Positions 10,450 through 21,667 of a stretch of DNA of 64,000 nucleotides are shown piece by piece. A program made the translations under genes and the position numbers. Source of the DNA: Minutocellus sp. GHC0000111. Taxonomy: Eukaryota. Positions within the stretch are counted from its first letter, which is position 1. Every line of letters begins with the position of its first letter. The notes under the pieces were generated by a model. The model did not search any database and was not told the origin of the DNA. It saw only the letters and a list, made by a program, of their open reading frames with translations. The stretch covers positions 1,364,001-1,428,000 of the forward strand of contig OZ361259.1 of assembly GCA_977018835.1 (NCBI GenBank), read 5' to 3'.

Positions 10450-11178
10450 TTATGCCACGGCAGCATTTTGGCGGAAGCTCCGCATCCGGACCAACCCCAG
10501 CGGTCGTCTCACTGATCGGATGGCGCTCAGCTTGCTACCTCCAGATTGCTTGGACTTGGCGTTCTTGTCCTCGTCGGCGAGGGCATTGTCCAGATCGGCC
10601 GCGTCATGAAAAGCCTGGAGGGCACGGGCCATCTTGTCGCTCATTCCGGACACCCTCCGGGCCTCGACGGCATCTGTGCCCCCCTTGCGGATGGCCTCGA
10701 TGCGCGATGGTGCGGCAAGGTTGGATGCCACCCGGCTCAATGCCGTCGGTTCGTGACAACCGGCCTCGTGCTGGATGTTCTGCTCGGCGAGGACGGCGTG
10801 GACGTGTGATCGGCGGGTCTGACGGCGGCGCTGGTTGGTTTCGACCGATCGAAGATGTTCGATGCCCCGATGGCAAAAGCCGTCGCTGGCCGGGGGGACG
10901 TTGTGGAGAAAGGTGGTGTCTTGCGACGATTCATCTCTGCTGTCGGTTTTGAGATTTTGTATTGAATGCAAATAGCGCAGTTCTCGGACATCGTCCAGCG
11001 TCGTTTCTCGGAGGGCCTGGAATTCCACGTCGGTGTAATAAACGGCGCAGTATTCGGCGTCGGACATTTCCTGCAGAGTCGGTATGAGCTTGACGGATAC
11101 CGAGTTGCAGAAGTTGAGGGATCTTTTGCGATTGAGGCGGCGTTTGGATTGCTTGGGATTGGAAGTTGAGGAAGACAT
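10450..11178 (-). CDS. Uncharacterised protein, 'RGIEHL/AVLxEQ' family
   Basis: 242 aa; clear paralogue of 11980-12729 (FxxxVxVxLIP, YYT, RGIEHL, VHAVLxEQ). Confidence 0.8.
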   Translation of the reverse strand: MSSSTSNPKQSKRRLNRKRSLNFCNSVSVKLIPTLQEMSDAEYCAVYYTDVEFQALRETTLDDVRELRYLHSIQNLKTDSRDESSQDTTFLHNVPPASDGFCHRGIEHLRSVETNQRRRQTRRSHVHAVLAEQNIQHEAGCHEPTALSRVASNLAAPSRIEAIRKGGTDAVEARRVSGMSDKMARALQAFHDAADLDNALADEDKNAKSKQSGGSKLSAIRSVRRPLGLVRMRSFRQNAAVA

Positions 11179-11979
11179 GTTGAGATATGATTCGGCACGT
11201 GCTGTGCTGCTGAAATTCTAGTGTGCCGGTTGCCAGGCAGTAATGGTCAACGAATGGGCAGTAGTATCTTGATGCACGGCAGCAATAATTTGAATTGCTT
11301 GAGGGCAGGACTGTACGGCAATAGTGGAACCTATCTGGGGCGCGGAAGATATGTAGATGTTGAAGAAGAACCTCTTACTCCAAAATGATGGAATCCAAGT
11401 ATTCAATGTGGCGGTCGGCAGCACAGTAGTTGGCTCACCGCTCACAGCCACACAAGGAAGCAGAGTTTTGGGGCTGGTGTAATTCAGTGTGCGTCTGTCG
11501 GCCACGTCCTTGAATCCGAAAAGGGCCATTGTATTTCGAAGCCTACGACGAAAAAGGGACAAATTTAGGGCATATTTGAGATACTTCAACTTTCTCTGTG
11601 AAAAGGGTATCGGGAATGATTATTGTGGTCAAGCCACTTGCACAGAAAGAACGTGACGCACACTAGGCCTATTTATTATGGTCACTCCTATGGTCACCTG
11701 TCAGTTATTCAGTGGTTTCTGAGTTTGCCCCCGCAAAACATCACCGAGACGGCGGCACCCGGAAACATGGCCTTGAAGCCTTGAAGCCTCACGAATTCGA
11801 GACGGTCGCTGATAAATGACCCGCGCACAGCAACTGCCCGAGCCACACAGTGAAGCAAAGCAAGGCGAAGAAAAACACATCAAAAGCCACACAACTTTGT
11901 TCTCATTGAGCAAAACCACCGACGCAATTGCCAATCACAATAATTACCGTGCATCCTTCCCACAATATATTATCTCAAT

Positions 11980-12729
11980 ATGTGCGCACCCAACCTCAGC
12001 AAATCGGCGCATCCCGTCCCAACCTGCGAGCATCGCCCCAAGCTTCGCAGACGGCCCTCACCCACCTCGGTTGCCGCAACCTCCACGGCGGACGACGTCA
12101 TGGCCTCCTCGTCCATCTCCACAAAAAAGACCAAGGCAGTCTCCTTTGGAGCCACGGTAGCCGTCCGTCTCATTCCCAAACACCAGGAACTCACTCACGA
12201 CCAATACGTCGCCACGTACTACACCTCCACCGACCTGGAAAATGCCCGCAACTTGGGCCTCGACGACATCCGCGCCCTCCGCTCCGAAGAACCCGAGGCC
12301 TCGGCCCAAAATGACTTTACCGGACCGTGCTACCGCGGCATTGAGCATTTGGTGACAAGAGAGTCCAAATTGGACCGCTCCGAGCGACGCCGAGCCTATG
12401 TCCACGCCGTGCTGATCGAGCAGTACCGGCAGGTGGCCAACAATGGATACGCCGACGTAAATGACCTGGCCGCCGTGGCCAAAACCAAGTCCCACAACGA
12501 CAAGATTGTGGCCCGCAGCAAGGGCATGGCCGACGAGGATGTCATGAAGGACATTCTGGGGAGGAGGGTGGTACAAAAGGCACGTGCCCTGTCCACCACT
12601 GACAAGGCGGCTATGAAGAAGGACTGTTCGCAGCGCAAACTTGCATTTATCACCGGTGCCGTAAGAAATGTGCGGATCGGTTCCGTCAAGAGAGAAAATT
12701 ATGCAGTGGAAAATGCCCGGAGTGCGTAA
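11980..12729 (+). CDS. Uncharacterised protein, 'RGIEHL/AVLxEQ' family with RVxF-like KAVSF motif
   Basis: 249 aa; paralogue of 10450-11178. Confidence 0.8.
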   Translation: MCAPNLSKSAHPVPTCEHRPKLRRRPSPTSVAATSTADDVMASSSISTKKTKAVSFGATVAVRLIPKHQELTHDQYVATYYTSTDLENARNLGLDDIRALRSEEPEASAQNDFTGPCYRGIEHLVTRESKLDRSERRRAYVHAVLIEQYRQVANNGYADVNDLAAVAKTKSHNDKIVARSKGMADEDVMKDILGRRVVQKARALSTTDKAAMKKDCSQRKLAFITGAVRNVRIGSVKRENYAVENARSA

Positions 12730-13131
12730 GATATTATTAGAATGACCAATAAGAAGTAAATAGATGAAATCGAACAAATACAGCAATAGGGATGTACATC
12801 ATATTAGAATATCTCCATGAGTTAGTTGGAACGGAAGGTAGACACATCGATCCATCTGGTGATGCGGATATCAAATGCCTGAACAATGGAAATCATCAAC
12901 ACGACCAGTCGATTGGGCCTTCGCTCAGTATCCCAGCGAAGGGAAGGGCATTGGCACATACAAACGTACTATCGGTGATATGAGCAATTTTGAGGGTGGG
13001 TGTAGATTGTGGTAGGATTTGAATTCTCCCTGTTGGGCAATTTTCTTCCTACGTAGCTAGCAACGTAGTTCCAACCCATTCAGTTTCAGTATATGTAGGT
13101 AGAGATAAAGACCAAACGCATACATATAATT

Positions 13132-13989
13132 TTACAAGAGCTTGCCTGCACTTTCCTCACCCTTGCGCATGAAGGCTGTTTCACCCTCATTCCTCCTGTG
13201 ATTCGCCCAACAATAGTTACACGATGTATCATTCTTCAATTTATGGAACGTCGTCTTTTGGGCGATATCCTCTGCTCGTTCCTCGGTACATTCCACATTC
13301 ATAAACTTGGCAGTTTGCATTACATTTTCCACGGGATTGCAATGCATATCCTCGTAGGTCAAGAACAGCACATCTTCGGGATTTTGCACATGCTGTTCAT
13401 AGAAATCCAAATTGAAATCCAGCCAAGAACCGCTCTCCACTTCACCATGCAGATACATCTGGAAGAAATGATCAAAATCGCCCTCATACGCAAATGACTG
13501 AAATGCCCTCGCATGATGGTAGAGAGATACGCACACGTCCTTGGCGTTGCGCGCCACAAAGATATATCTCAGCTTGACCCCATCACGAGATTTGGCAATC
13601 GATTCCCATGGTGTGTGGGTCTTGAAGCACCGAGGTTGGCATGCCAGTTCCATCGCCGCCTTGACCTCGTCGCAATCGGGAGAAGGCAGCCGTTCCAACC
13701 ACGGCACGGCATCGACCACCTTGACGTCCTCGTCGAAGTTGAGCAGATGTTTGATGATGGACTGTGTCCAGGTTGTGCCGGACTTTGGATACGTGGCAAG
13801 CATTATATCGCCATCTCGAAAGGGGAACAATTGGCGTACAAAGTCTACTTGCTCCTGCGAGACCATGGCCGGATGGACGATTCCGTCGATTACATTGTGC
13901 CGGTACGTAAACGGCGGTTCATGGGGCAGTGTGTGCCGGTCGCCTGCCTCTGCCACTGGTTTGGCATCATTCGAAGGCTCGGGCGCCAT
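13132..13989 (-). pseudogene. Inverted, C-terminally truncated sulfotransferase copy
   Basis: Identical to 1276-2110, then reads through the junction as KGE-ESAGKLL*. VGDYKN and the C-terminus are lost. Confidence 0.88.
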
Positions 13990-15264
13990 CTTTATAGCGA
14001 TGCGAGGTATCATAGGCACCGGTATTGCGGTAAGCGTGCTGACTGCCGTGACCCAGCCAGCCGCGACCTTCGCCTTCTCGAGCTCTTTCTCGGCAAGCAA
14101 GCAAGCAAGCAAGCAATAAGCACTCTCTATTGTTACGCTACGTACGAAGTACGTAGCAGCGCGGCCCGTGGAGTTCGCCGTCGGCGACGTGGCATGATGT
14201 CGACGGACAGACCCTCGCTTCGACGAAATTCCGTCGCTTCATTTTTGCTCGCCTTTTGTGCTCTTTCTCCACAACACACGCAAGCAAAGCATGGCCGGAC
14301 ACCGCCGTTCCAAGCGCAAGGCCGAGCAGTCCCTGGGCACCCGCCGCTCCTCACGCCGTTCCGCTGCCCGCGACGACGACGATGTCCTGTACGGCCAGGA
14401 CTACGGCATCCTCCCCTCTGACTGATCCAAGGTGGCCGCATCGGCTATCCCAGACAGGTGAGTTTTCCTGCGTGTACTTTTGGGATTGGACTGCCTGCCT
14501 CCACGACCGAAATGAATCTCGATAGTTGCTGACAATTTTGATAGACCGAGCACTCCCGTGGCACACACGAGCGCATGGGCGCATTATCAGTAGAGTCATA
14601 CGTAGCATGAGGCAGCGAGGCAGGGACTCAGGAGAGCTGAAAGCAAACAGGGAAGGAAAGCAATATGTATTTTCGGCCTCGAGTTTTCAGTCCAAGCACG
14701 TCTTGTGCTGATTTTTCAATTTACGCCCAATCGATGCACGACGATACAAGGCGGATCAGCTAACGTGATCCTGCCCATTAGAAAGCACCTTGGTAGCATG
14801 GCCGGCATACCTTCTAGTAGCTTGGCATTCAAAACCAGGCCAACATGCAGGAGAAACTTCACTGAAGTGCCACGTGGGCGGCGCATGGCCGGCCTCTATC
14901 GAAAGATTTAACATACATTCTACAACAGTAAAAAGTGCGCCACCTCATTTCGACGAAAAGCAAGCCACCCGCATCTCTTCGAATTATTTCTCACCCTCCC
15001 TCTTCTTTTTCCTTCTTCTATCTACTCCAACTCCAGAGTACCACTGGGATTCGTATGCGGCTATCCGGTAAGGATCGGCGGAGAACTCTACGGCGGATCC
15101 ATGTTCGCCAAGTCGGCCGCCACCACGTCGGCCCAGTCCAAGGCCATCCACGCCGCCAACGAGAAGTGGAACGTGCACGCCGACGCATGGAAGGGACGAG
15201 AGACCATTGGCATCCCCGTATGCAAGAAGAAGTATGCGCCGTTTGACATTAAGGTCCGACGCGT
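13155..15264. repeat. Block A': inverted copy of 1-2110 (probably continues to ~18220 against DNA left of the window)
   Basis: Direct reverse-complement match; the extension beyond 15264 is inferred. Confidence 0.95.
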
Positions 15265-15703
15265 CGTCGATGGGCAGGTCAAGGTCACCGTGGAGCGGAT
15301 GTACGGATGTGCGTGTCATTCGAATCTCCGCATGAAGATGATTGAGGAACACGGGGAGCGGAATGGCTGGGAACCCTTTGGACAGTGGTCCATGTCCAAG
15401 GCCCGACGGATGGTCCGTCGGGAGTTGGATCGCATCGTGTCGCCGGCCGATGATAGTAGCAGTAGTTCTGGATCGGACTCTTCCGACAGTGAATTGGAGG
15501 ACTACTACGATTCGGATTGGAAGGCGGTATGCCACGATGGACAGTGCGCCTGGAAGATGAAGGGCAAGTTCGACGATGTCCGGGATGAGATATTGGAGGG
15601 AGAGAATGAGGCGTCCATGTATCTGGACGAGGCTGCCCTCAAGAACGGCGCCGGGATTAATGGCGCGCTGTTGAGGGGAACCATTCCTGGTGGGGGTGGA
15701 TGA
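15101..15703 (+). CDS. Hypothetical protein (200 aa, Ser/acidic tract)
   Basis: ATG-initiated ORF with GC-rich third positions; no family recognised. Confidence 0.6.
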   Translation: MFAKSAATTSAQSKAIHAANEKWNVHADAWKGRETIGIPVCKKKYAPFDIKVRRVVDGQVKVTVERMYGCACHSNLRMKMIEEHGERNGWEPFGQWSMSKARRMVRRELDRIVSPADDSSSSSGSDSSDSELEDYYDSDWKAVCHDGQCAWKMKGKFDDVRDEILEGENEASMYLDEAALKNGAGINGALLRGTIPGGGG

Positions 15704-16191
15704 CGTACGCCCGCCGCGGCATCGGGAGGATCGGCACTTACCTGCTCGCGATAAAGCGATTAGGGGTGTTTGATCTGTGATGTTTGTGGCGGATGTATAT
15801 TTTTGGAAAGAGAATAATCAACAAATACTGCATGATGAGGCGTGGTATCCTCAGCGTGATTGGTACTCACGCCGTAGGATCATCAAAATTGGAAGCTCCG
15901 TGATTTGTCTGAATGACTTGACATCTCTTTTTTGGTCCATTTGACTGAGAGAAGTCAATGAGAATGACAAGTATTCCGGTGCTGCGATTGTTTTCGTATT
16001 GCATAGTTGAAGGTGATTTGTTTCCTTGTACCAACGAGATTTCCTTACATAAGTAAGATGTTCTGTTGGTAGATCAACCGGTGCTCAGTCGATCTTTTTG
16101 AGATTGAGGTATCGACGTAATAACTTAATTTATATAGCAGCCAATGAATTCATACATACCCCATATTATATTGAAATTACTATGAAAATGA

Positions 16192-18354
16192 TTAATCTTC
16201 TCGTCCACGCTTTTTTGAAAGGGCCCGTGTTGCAATTCCGTCTCCCAACTGCCGAATGAGACTGAATACTCCATCGATGCCAGCAATATCTTCGGCCCGC
16301 TCGATAGCATGTGCAATTTCGCTCTCAGCAAGGTTTTGGATCAGTCGAAACGGGAAAGGGGAGCTTTTCAGCGTTGATGCCAAAATTGGATGATTTTTGT
16401 TCTCTGCTACCATTTCTTCAAGTCCACAATTACATCCAGAAGTCTCAGCAATTACATGGTTTGCAAGAAGCATTTTTCGGAGGTCATTTCTCAAATCTAC
16501 TTTTGCTGCCACTGACCTTTCCCCGCCTTTGACTCTTGACGCATAGGGAACCATGAGATATCTGAGCGAGGTATTGTGAGTCAATGCCGCGACGAGATAA
16601 GTCTGCATGTCCACTTCCGCGTCGATGGATTCTCCCTCCCGCGGGCCACCGAGATATAACTTTTCAAGACGATTATTATTTTCCAAACAATCGGCAAACT
16701 TCTTGCAGATTGAGAAACCAAATTCGTTCATACTGATATCCAATTCCCTTATCGTGCTAGTTGGACTTGCCACGAGCTGAAGGAAAGCAGCGGCACCTGC
16801 GTTGCCCATTCCGCAACAGCGAAGGCTAATCTTTGTTGTTCGTGCACTTCTTTCGAGAACAGCACGAGCGATCGCAAGTGAGCCCTCATCGCCAAAACGA
16901 AATCGGCCGGACTGAAATGAACTTAAATTGAACGACTCAACGCTTTTGCTAGCAGCCAAAAATCTGGCAAAAGAATGTGCACTTTTGGCCGTTATTATTT
17001 TGCCCGATGTTCGATCAGTCGAATACGTGAATTCACGCAAAGTCGTCGATGTTGCCAGTATTTTACATGTTGCTTCAAGTTCAGCGTCGTCCAGATTCAT
17101 TCCGAGCAAGGCAAATGTTTCGATTGAGCCAGTTGAAACAGCTCTGGTCAAATCCATGAGGTCATTCAATCGAATCTCGGCATTTGCGGAGGCACTTGAA
17201 AAGGAAAACTCTCGAATTTCTCGATTTTGTTCCAATGCCATGGACAGGTCACGATAAATTTGGGATCCGACTCTGCCGCTAATACGGATTCTTGCCTCTT
17301 CGATATTCTTGTTATTGCGCAGAATAAGTGTTACATTCTTTCCGAAGCTCGCTTCAAATCTCACCTTAGCTCTGCCGCCGAGCGCAGAACAAATCATGTC
17401 GACATTAGAAGTTTGCATGAAATCGTTGTTGAAAATCTTGATTGACTTGATGGACATATTCAGAGCCAATCCTTCACAGAGGATTTCTGTATCTTCGTGC
17501 CAACTGATGACATTGTGAACCAACTCCAAGACCTCAATTGATTTGTTTTTACGAATCATTTTCGACAACTGGGAAGTAGCTTTTCTATCTAAAACATATT
17601 CAGGGGCCCAATCAAAGACATCATGCCTGTAGTGGCCACATATCTCAACCTTCCTTATGGTGGTGTTGAACATCATCCCATGCAGAACTTGTTCGGCGCC
17701 GTGGCTATTAGAGCCAAAAACTCGCCCATCAATAGATAAATGTGTAATCGAAGCATTTTGAGCAACGGCCTCTCCTATTGCCTGTGATCCTACTCGATCA
17801 ATTTTACAATCACTCTCAAGGATTAGTTGCACCTCCAACACGCGAACGGTTGTGTTCGTTTGTAACGCCTCACAAATCGATACCACGTCCTTATTCAATT
17901 GTGTTTGACATGCGTCCTCTGAGTCATATTCAGCAATATCATCCCATTTATCCGAAAAATGCGAGAAGTCGATCTTTCGAATGCGTTTGTCATTATCGCG
18001 GAGAGCTTGGACCAGTTTGTCCACAGGATCAATCTCCTCATAATGCCGGAAGCTTTCGGAACCTCCACCGGATGACTCCTCGTCTTCGCCACCACTGGGA
18101 AAATTTCCGTCAGACGGACAGTTCTCGCTTCCATCCTTCCTACCGATAGATCGATCTCGGGACAGTTCCGTTTCGTGCGCCTCTGCGTCTGCCATTTCGG
18201 CGCATCTTGGTTCCTTCTCGAACTTCTCGACAAGTGCGACGATTCCAGCCTCAATTTCTCTGAACGCGGCTGCCCTTTCTCTCCGTGCCTTGCCGGGACC
18301 TTGCTTGGCCCTGCCATCGCTGACCTTTCCTGAACGTTTGCCCTTCTTTCCCAT
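16192..18354 (-). CDS. RNase-inhibitor/NLRC3-like leucine-rich-repeat protein with an N-terminus shared with the Sel1 gene
   Basis: ALQTNTTVRVLEV, LALNMSIKSIKI, LRCCGMGNAGAAAF, LENNNRLEKLYL, ALTHNTSLRYL. First 44 codons are identical to 3199-3068. Confidence 0.85.
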   Translation of the reverse strand: MGKKGKRSGKVSDGRAKQGPGKARRERAAAFREIEAGIVALVEKFEKEPRCAEMADAEAHETELSRDRSIGRKDGSENCPSDGNFPSGGEDEESSGGGSESFRHYEEIDPVDKLVQALRDNDKRIRKIDFSHFSDKWDDIAEYDSEDACQTQLNKDVVSICEALQTNTTVRVLEVQLILESDCKIDRVGSQAIGEAVAQNASITHLSIDGRVFGSNSHGAEQVLHGMMFNTTIRKVEICGHYRHDVFDWAPEYVLDRKATSQLSKMIRKNKSIEVLELVHNVISWHEDTEILCEGLALNMSIKSIKIFNNDFMQTSNVDMICSALGGRAKVRFEASFGKNVTLILRNNKNIEEARIRISGRVGSQIYRDLSMALEQNREIREFSFSSASANAEIRLNDLMDLTRAVSTGSIETFALLGMNLDDAELEATCKILATSTTLREFTYSTDRTSGKIITAKSAHSFARFLAASKSVESFNLSSFQSGRFRFGDEGSLAIARAVLERSARTTKISLRCCGMGNAGAAAFLQLVASPTSTIRELDISMNEFGFSICKKFADCLENNNRLEKLYLGGPREGESIDAEVDMQTYLVAALTHNTSLRYLMVPYASRVKGGERSVAAKVDLRNDLRKMLLANHVIAETSGCNCGLEEMVAENKNHPILASTLKSSPFPFRLIQNLAESEIAHAIERAEDIAGIDGVFSLIRQLGDGIATRALSKKRGRED

Positions 18355-18611
18355 GATTTACAACTGCTTCCTACTGCCCTTTGGTGTAAGTACGCGCAAA
18401 TAAATGAGCACGCGGCTTCAGCGCGGCTTTCCATTCCTCGCGCCTTGCCTTCCTGCCGCCTTCGCGACGAATGCCAGACCGTCTTCTACAATTTCCTCAT
18501 TCCTCATTTTTCTCTTTTCTCTGCTCAAATGGCGAAGAATGGCCACCGGCGCCGGTATCGGTAACAACTACTACGTACGACATCCTCTCACCAACTGCAC
18601 ACATACCAAAG

Positions 18612-19718
18612 ATGAAGAACTCGGAGGCTCTCACCCTGGCCCAGGCGGCCGACCCCTCCATCACCTCCGTATCCTCCACCAGCCACATCGCAAGCCTCTG
18701 GGCGGGGATGGGCCAAATCATCCGCGTGCAATGCCAAACGTCACCGGGGACCAAGAGGACCATTATTGCCAAGCACATCCGATGCAAGAATCCACGATCG
18801 TTCGGGGACAGGCGCAAGGCGGCGTCGTATCACGTTGAGGCGGCATTCTATTCCAAATATTCGGCCGAGCCATCCGACAAGCATATATGCTGCAAAGGTC
18901 TGCACGTTGAAGATGAGAGCAGCGGGAAGAACGGCGAGGCCGAAATCACCATCGTCATGACGCCGCTGCCCAACAATACCATTCATTATATGGACGGCGA
19001 TGCTGCCAAGGCGGCGGTACGATCGGTGGCACGTCTCCACGCACATTTCTGGGGCCAAGCCAAATCTAATGCCGCAGTTCAGAATGGGCTGGCATCGCAG
19101 GGCTGCTACTCGGCCAGATGAGTTTGACGGCATGCCCCGGCATGGCCTGTCGGGCAAGTTGAAGAAGGCAGCGCGCGATATCGACGAAGTACTCAAGTCC
19201 CACCCATATCAGACGGTCTGTCACGGAGATTTGAAGAGCTGCAATATGAGCATTAGCGATGATCCCCGATACGTTACCCTGGTGGACTTTCAGTACGTCG
19301 GAAAGGCATGCTGCGCCAAGGATCTGGCCTCTCTGTTCGTTTGCGGCATGGACGTGGAAGATGATTTCGAGAAGAGACAGGAGGCAGAGATGTTGGGGTT
19401 GTATATCGATGAGCTGAAAGCCAACGGCGTCGGAAGTGATGGCCGTGGCGACAGCCCTTTACCGACGATGGATGGACTCAGAGATGCGCTGGACCTTGCA
19501 TATTGTGACCTCTATAGATGGATGTTGGGGTGGGGTATATGGTAAGATTGTGCGCAACGATCCTGACATGGAACTTCTTTTTTCATTGATCATCTTCTCT
19601 CATACTTTCTTCTTGCTTCTTCTTCTTCTTCACCTCTACAATTCGTTTTGAAAGGGGAAATGGCTTTCTACAGGAGAGAGTGGAGAAGTCCCTTGATCAA
19701 ATTCTGGAAAATATTTGA
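18612..19718 (+). pseudogene. EcKinase/APH-like phosphotransferase copy 2, same frameshift
   Basis: Identical to 3457-4563. Confidence 0.8.
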
Positions 19719-20093
19719 GATGATTACTTTGTACAGAAAAACGTAAAATGATTTTATTTTATTCGTTTTTTTTTTGGGTGCCGTTGCTGGTGTGGTGCCA
19801 CATGTACTTACATACCACAGTACCTAGCTAGCTACGTAGGGACCTTCATCGTCGTTGCAGGCGGCGGTGTCTTCACCCATGTCGAGAATTTCCTCATGTT
19901 GTGCTTGTTATTTCTCGGCCGTTTTATTGTGAAAAACACTGACTACTGTTCTCGGTGCATCGGGGTATTCGAATCTATCTTCGTAGCTCCAGGTTAATGT
20001 AGGAGAGAGCGTTGGAAACATCTTTTCTAATTGTGTTCTAATTGTGATATGTCAATCATAGCTTTTTATTTTTTTTATGTTGCTGTGATTCTT

Positions 20094-20453
20094 TCACTTC
20101 AATTCCTCCTCAAGCAATGCGCCAAACGCAAATAGGTGGCATTCCTTGTTGTTGATGCGGCCGGAAGCATCTGGTCGCAACGTGTTGCTCCGCCTGCTTC
20201 CTTTGGCTCCTTCGAATTTGCTTTTAACGTAGTCGCGCTTTCCCTCAACTTGCTCAGAGTCGACAGTGTCATTTAAATTGGCGTAGAAGAAGGCGGTTGC
20301 GGAATGGCTGTTGATTGAGCTCTGTGTGATCTCTGGCATTTGGCTACCGTCGATGACAGCGGCGGTGGCGTCATTTCTTTGGCGGATCCGACGAAAGGAC
20401 TTGTTATCGAAAGTAGCAAGAGTGAGGGCGTTGTTGTTGGTTGGTCTGCACAT
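20094..20453 (-). CDS. 'KECH' family member 1, copy 2
   Basis: Identical to 4938-5297. Confidence 0.75.
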   Translation of the reverse strand: MCRPTNNNALTLATFDNKSFRRIRQRNDATAAVIDGSQMPEITQSSINSHSATAFFYANLNDTVDSEQVEGKRDYVKSKFEGAKGSRRSNTLRPDASGRINNKECHLFAFGALLEEELK

Positions 20454-21058
20454 GGTGGACTTGTTGATTATGTGTTGGGTATTTTAGCTAGCTACGTAAT
20501 ACTATGTAATAGGAGAGACGGTAATCTTTGAGTCTTTGTTGTGCATGAGCTTACAGGTAAAAAAGTGAAAAGTGACAAGCAAACGCAATGCCAAGTACAT
20601 GTTGTTGTGTGCGGAGGCGAGACGAGCAGCCATACGCTCTCACACACCTCGGCGAAGTGCCGGGGAGTCTCCCGGGGGCGTCTTAGTCGTGTGGCCTGTT
20701 TTTGCGGCCTCTTTTTGTGGCCTGTTTTTGCGGCTCAGAAACTCCGAACTTAGGCCTTTTTCATGACGAACGGCCAAAATCATTTCGTTCCTCTCATTCC
20801 TATGACGCAAAAAGAAAGTGAAAAAAGGCTACGACGAGCTATTGTTGAAGCTGCAATAAGTGTAAGACCAAATAACTATGCCCCCGATCTGTGTGCGAAA
20901 GTCAAAAAGGCACACAACATGGCGCACGACAAATCCACACAACAACAGCCAAAACAAGCTCTCAGATCGTCTCACTTTTCATACAGTTGAACCAAACCAA
21001 AGCAAATCCAAGCATTACTCCTACTTCCACAAACACCCACTAACTTTATTCAATCAAA

Positions 21059-21421
21059 ATGTGCAGCCCAACCATCATCATGAACAACAACGACATTGCC
21101 GTCTCTTGCAAATTCCTTCGTCGTGTCCGCCGACGAAGCCCCACCACTGTCGTTCAGGACACTACCACACGAGAATTTGACACCACGATGACTGCCGAAT
21201 CCACCTATTTCGACTTCCAGGGCAAGATCAACGATTGCGATGTTGCCGAAGACGAACAGATGGATACTGTCAAGCGCGTCGAGACGAGGAGAAGAGCAGC
21301 TCACCACAACGGCGCCGCTCGTCGTTCCCGACCGGACGCCAAGGGCAGGATCAACGGCAAGGAATGCCACGCCTTTGCTTTTGCGGCAATGTTTGAAGAG
21401 GCGATTGCCGACGATTTGTAG
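21059..21421 (+). CDS. 'KECH' family member 2, copy 2
   Basis: Identical to 5903-6265. Confidence 0.75.
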   Translation: MCSPTIIMNNNDIAVSCKFLRRVRRRSPTTVVQDTTTREFDTTMTAESTYFDFQGKINDCDVAEDEQMDTVKRVETRRRAAHHNGAARRSRPDAKGRINGKECHAFAFAAMFEEAIADDL

Positions 21422-21667
21422 GCTATCCATACATTTTATATATTAGATATCGAAATTGATCAACAACACAATACCACGTAGTAATTTATGATACGATTGT
21501 AGATTCTGTGTGTATCATGACATTTCTTGATGCTGAGGCTACGTGCACGCGATGATATGTCACTGCATTGGCAATGGGAGCATGCCATACTCTCAGAGCC
21601 ATAACCTCCATCTACTGTTGAGAGACAGATGTCATGTTATAAAGGCAAGCAAGAGCAACATCTTGAG

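Larger units (their letters stand above)
3066..13154. repeat. Block C copy 1: ~10.09-kb direct segmental duplication, partner 18221-28310
   Basis: Identical ORF sets at offset 15155, then 15156. The only difference I saw is T9 (4611-4619) versus T10 in copy 2. Confidence 0.97.

Noticed and set aside
1..15264. Blocks A/A' as terminal inverted repeats of a giant transposon or Polinton
   Set aside because: The repeat cuts through a host gene, no transposase, integrase or polB lies inside, and the pattern fits a segmental rearrangement.
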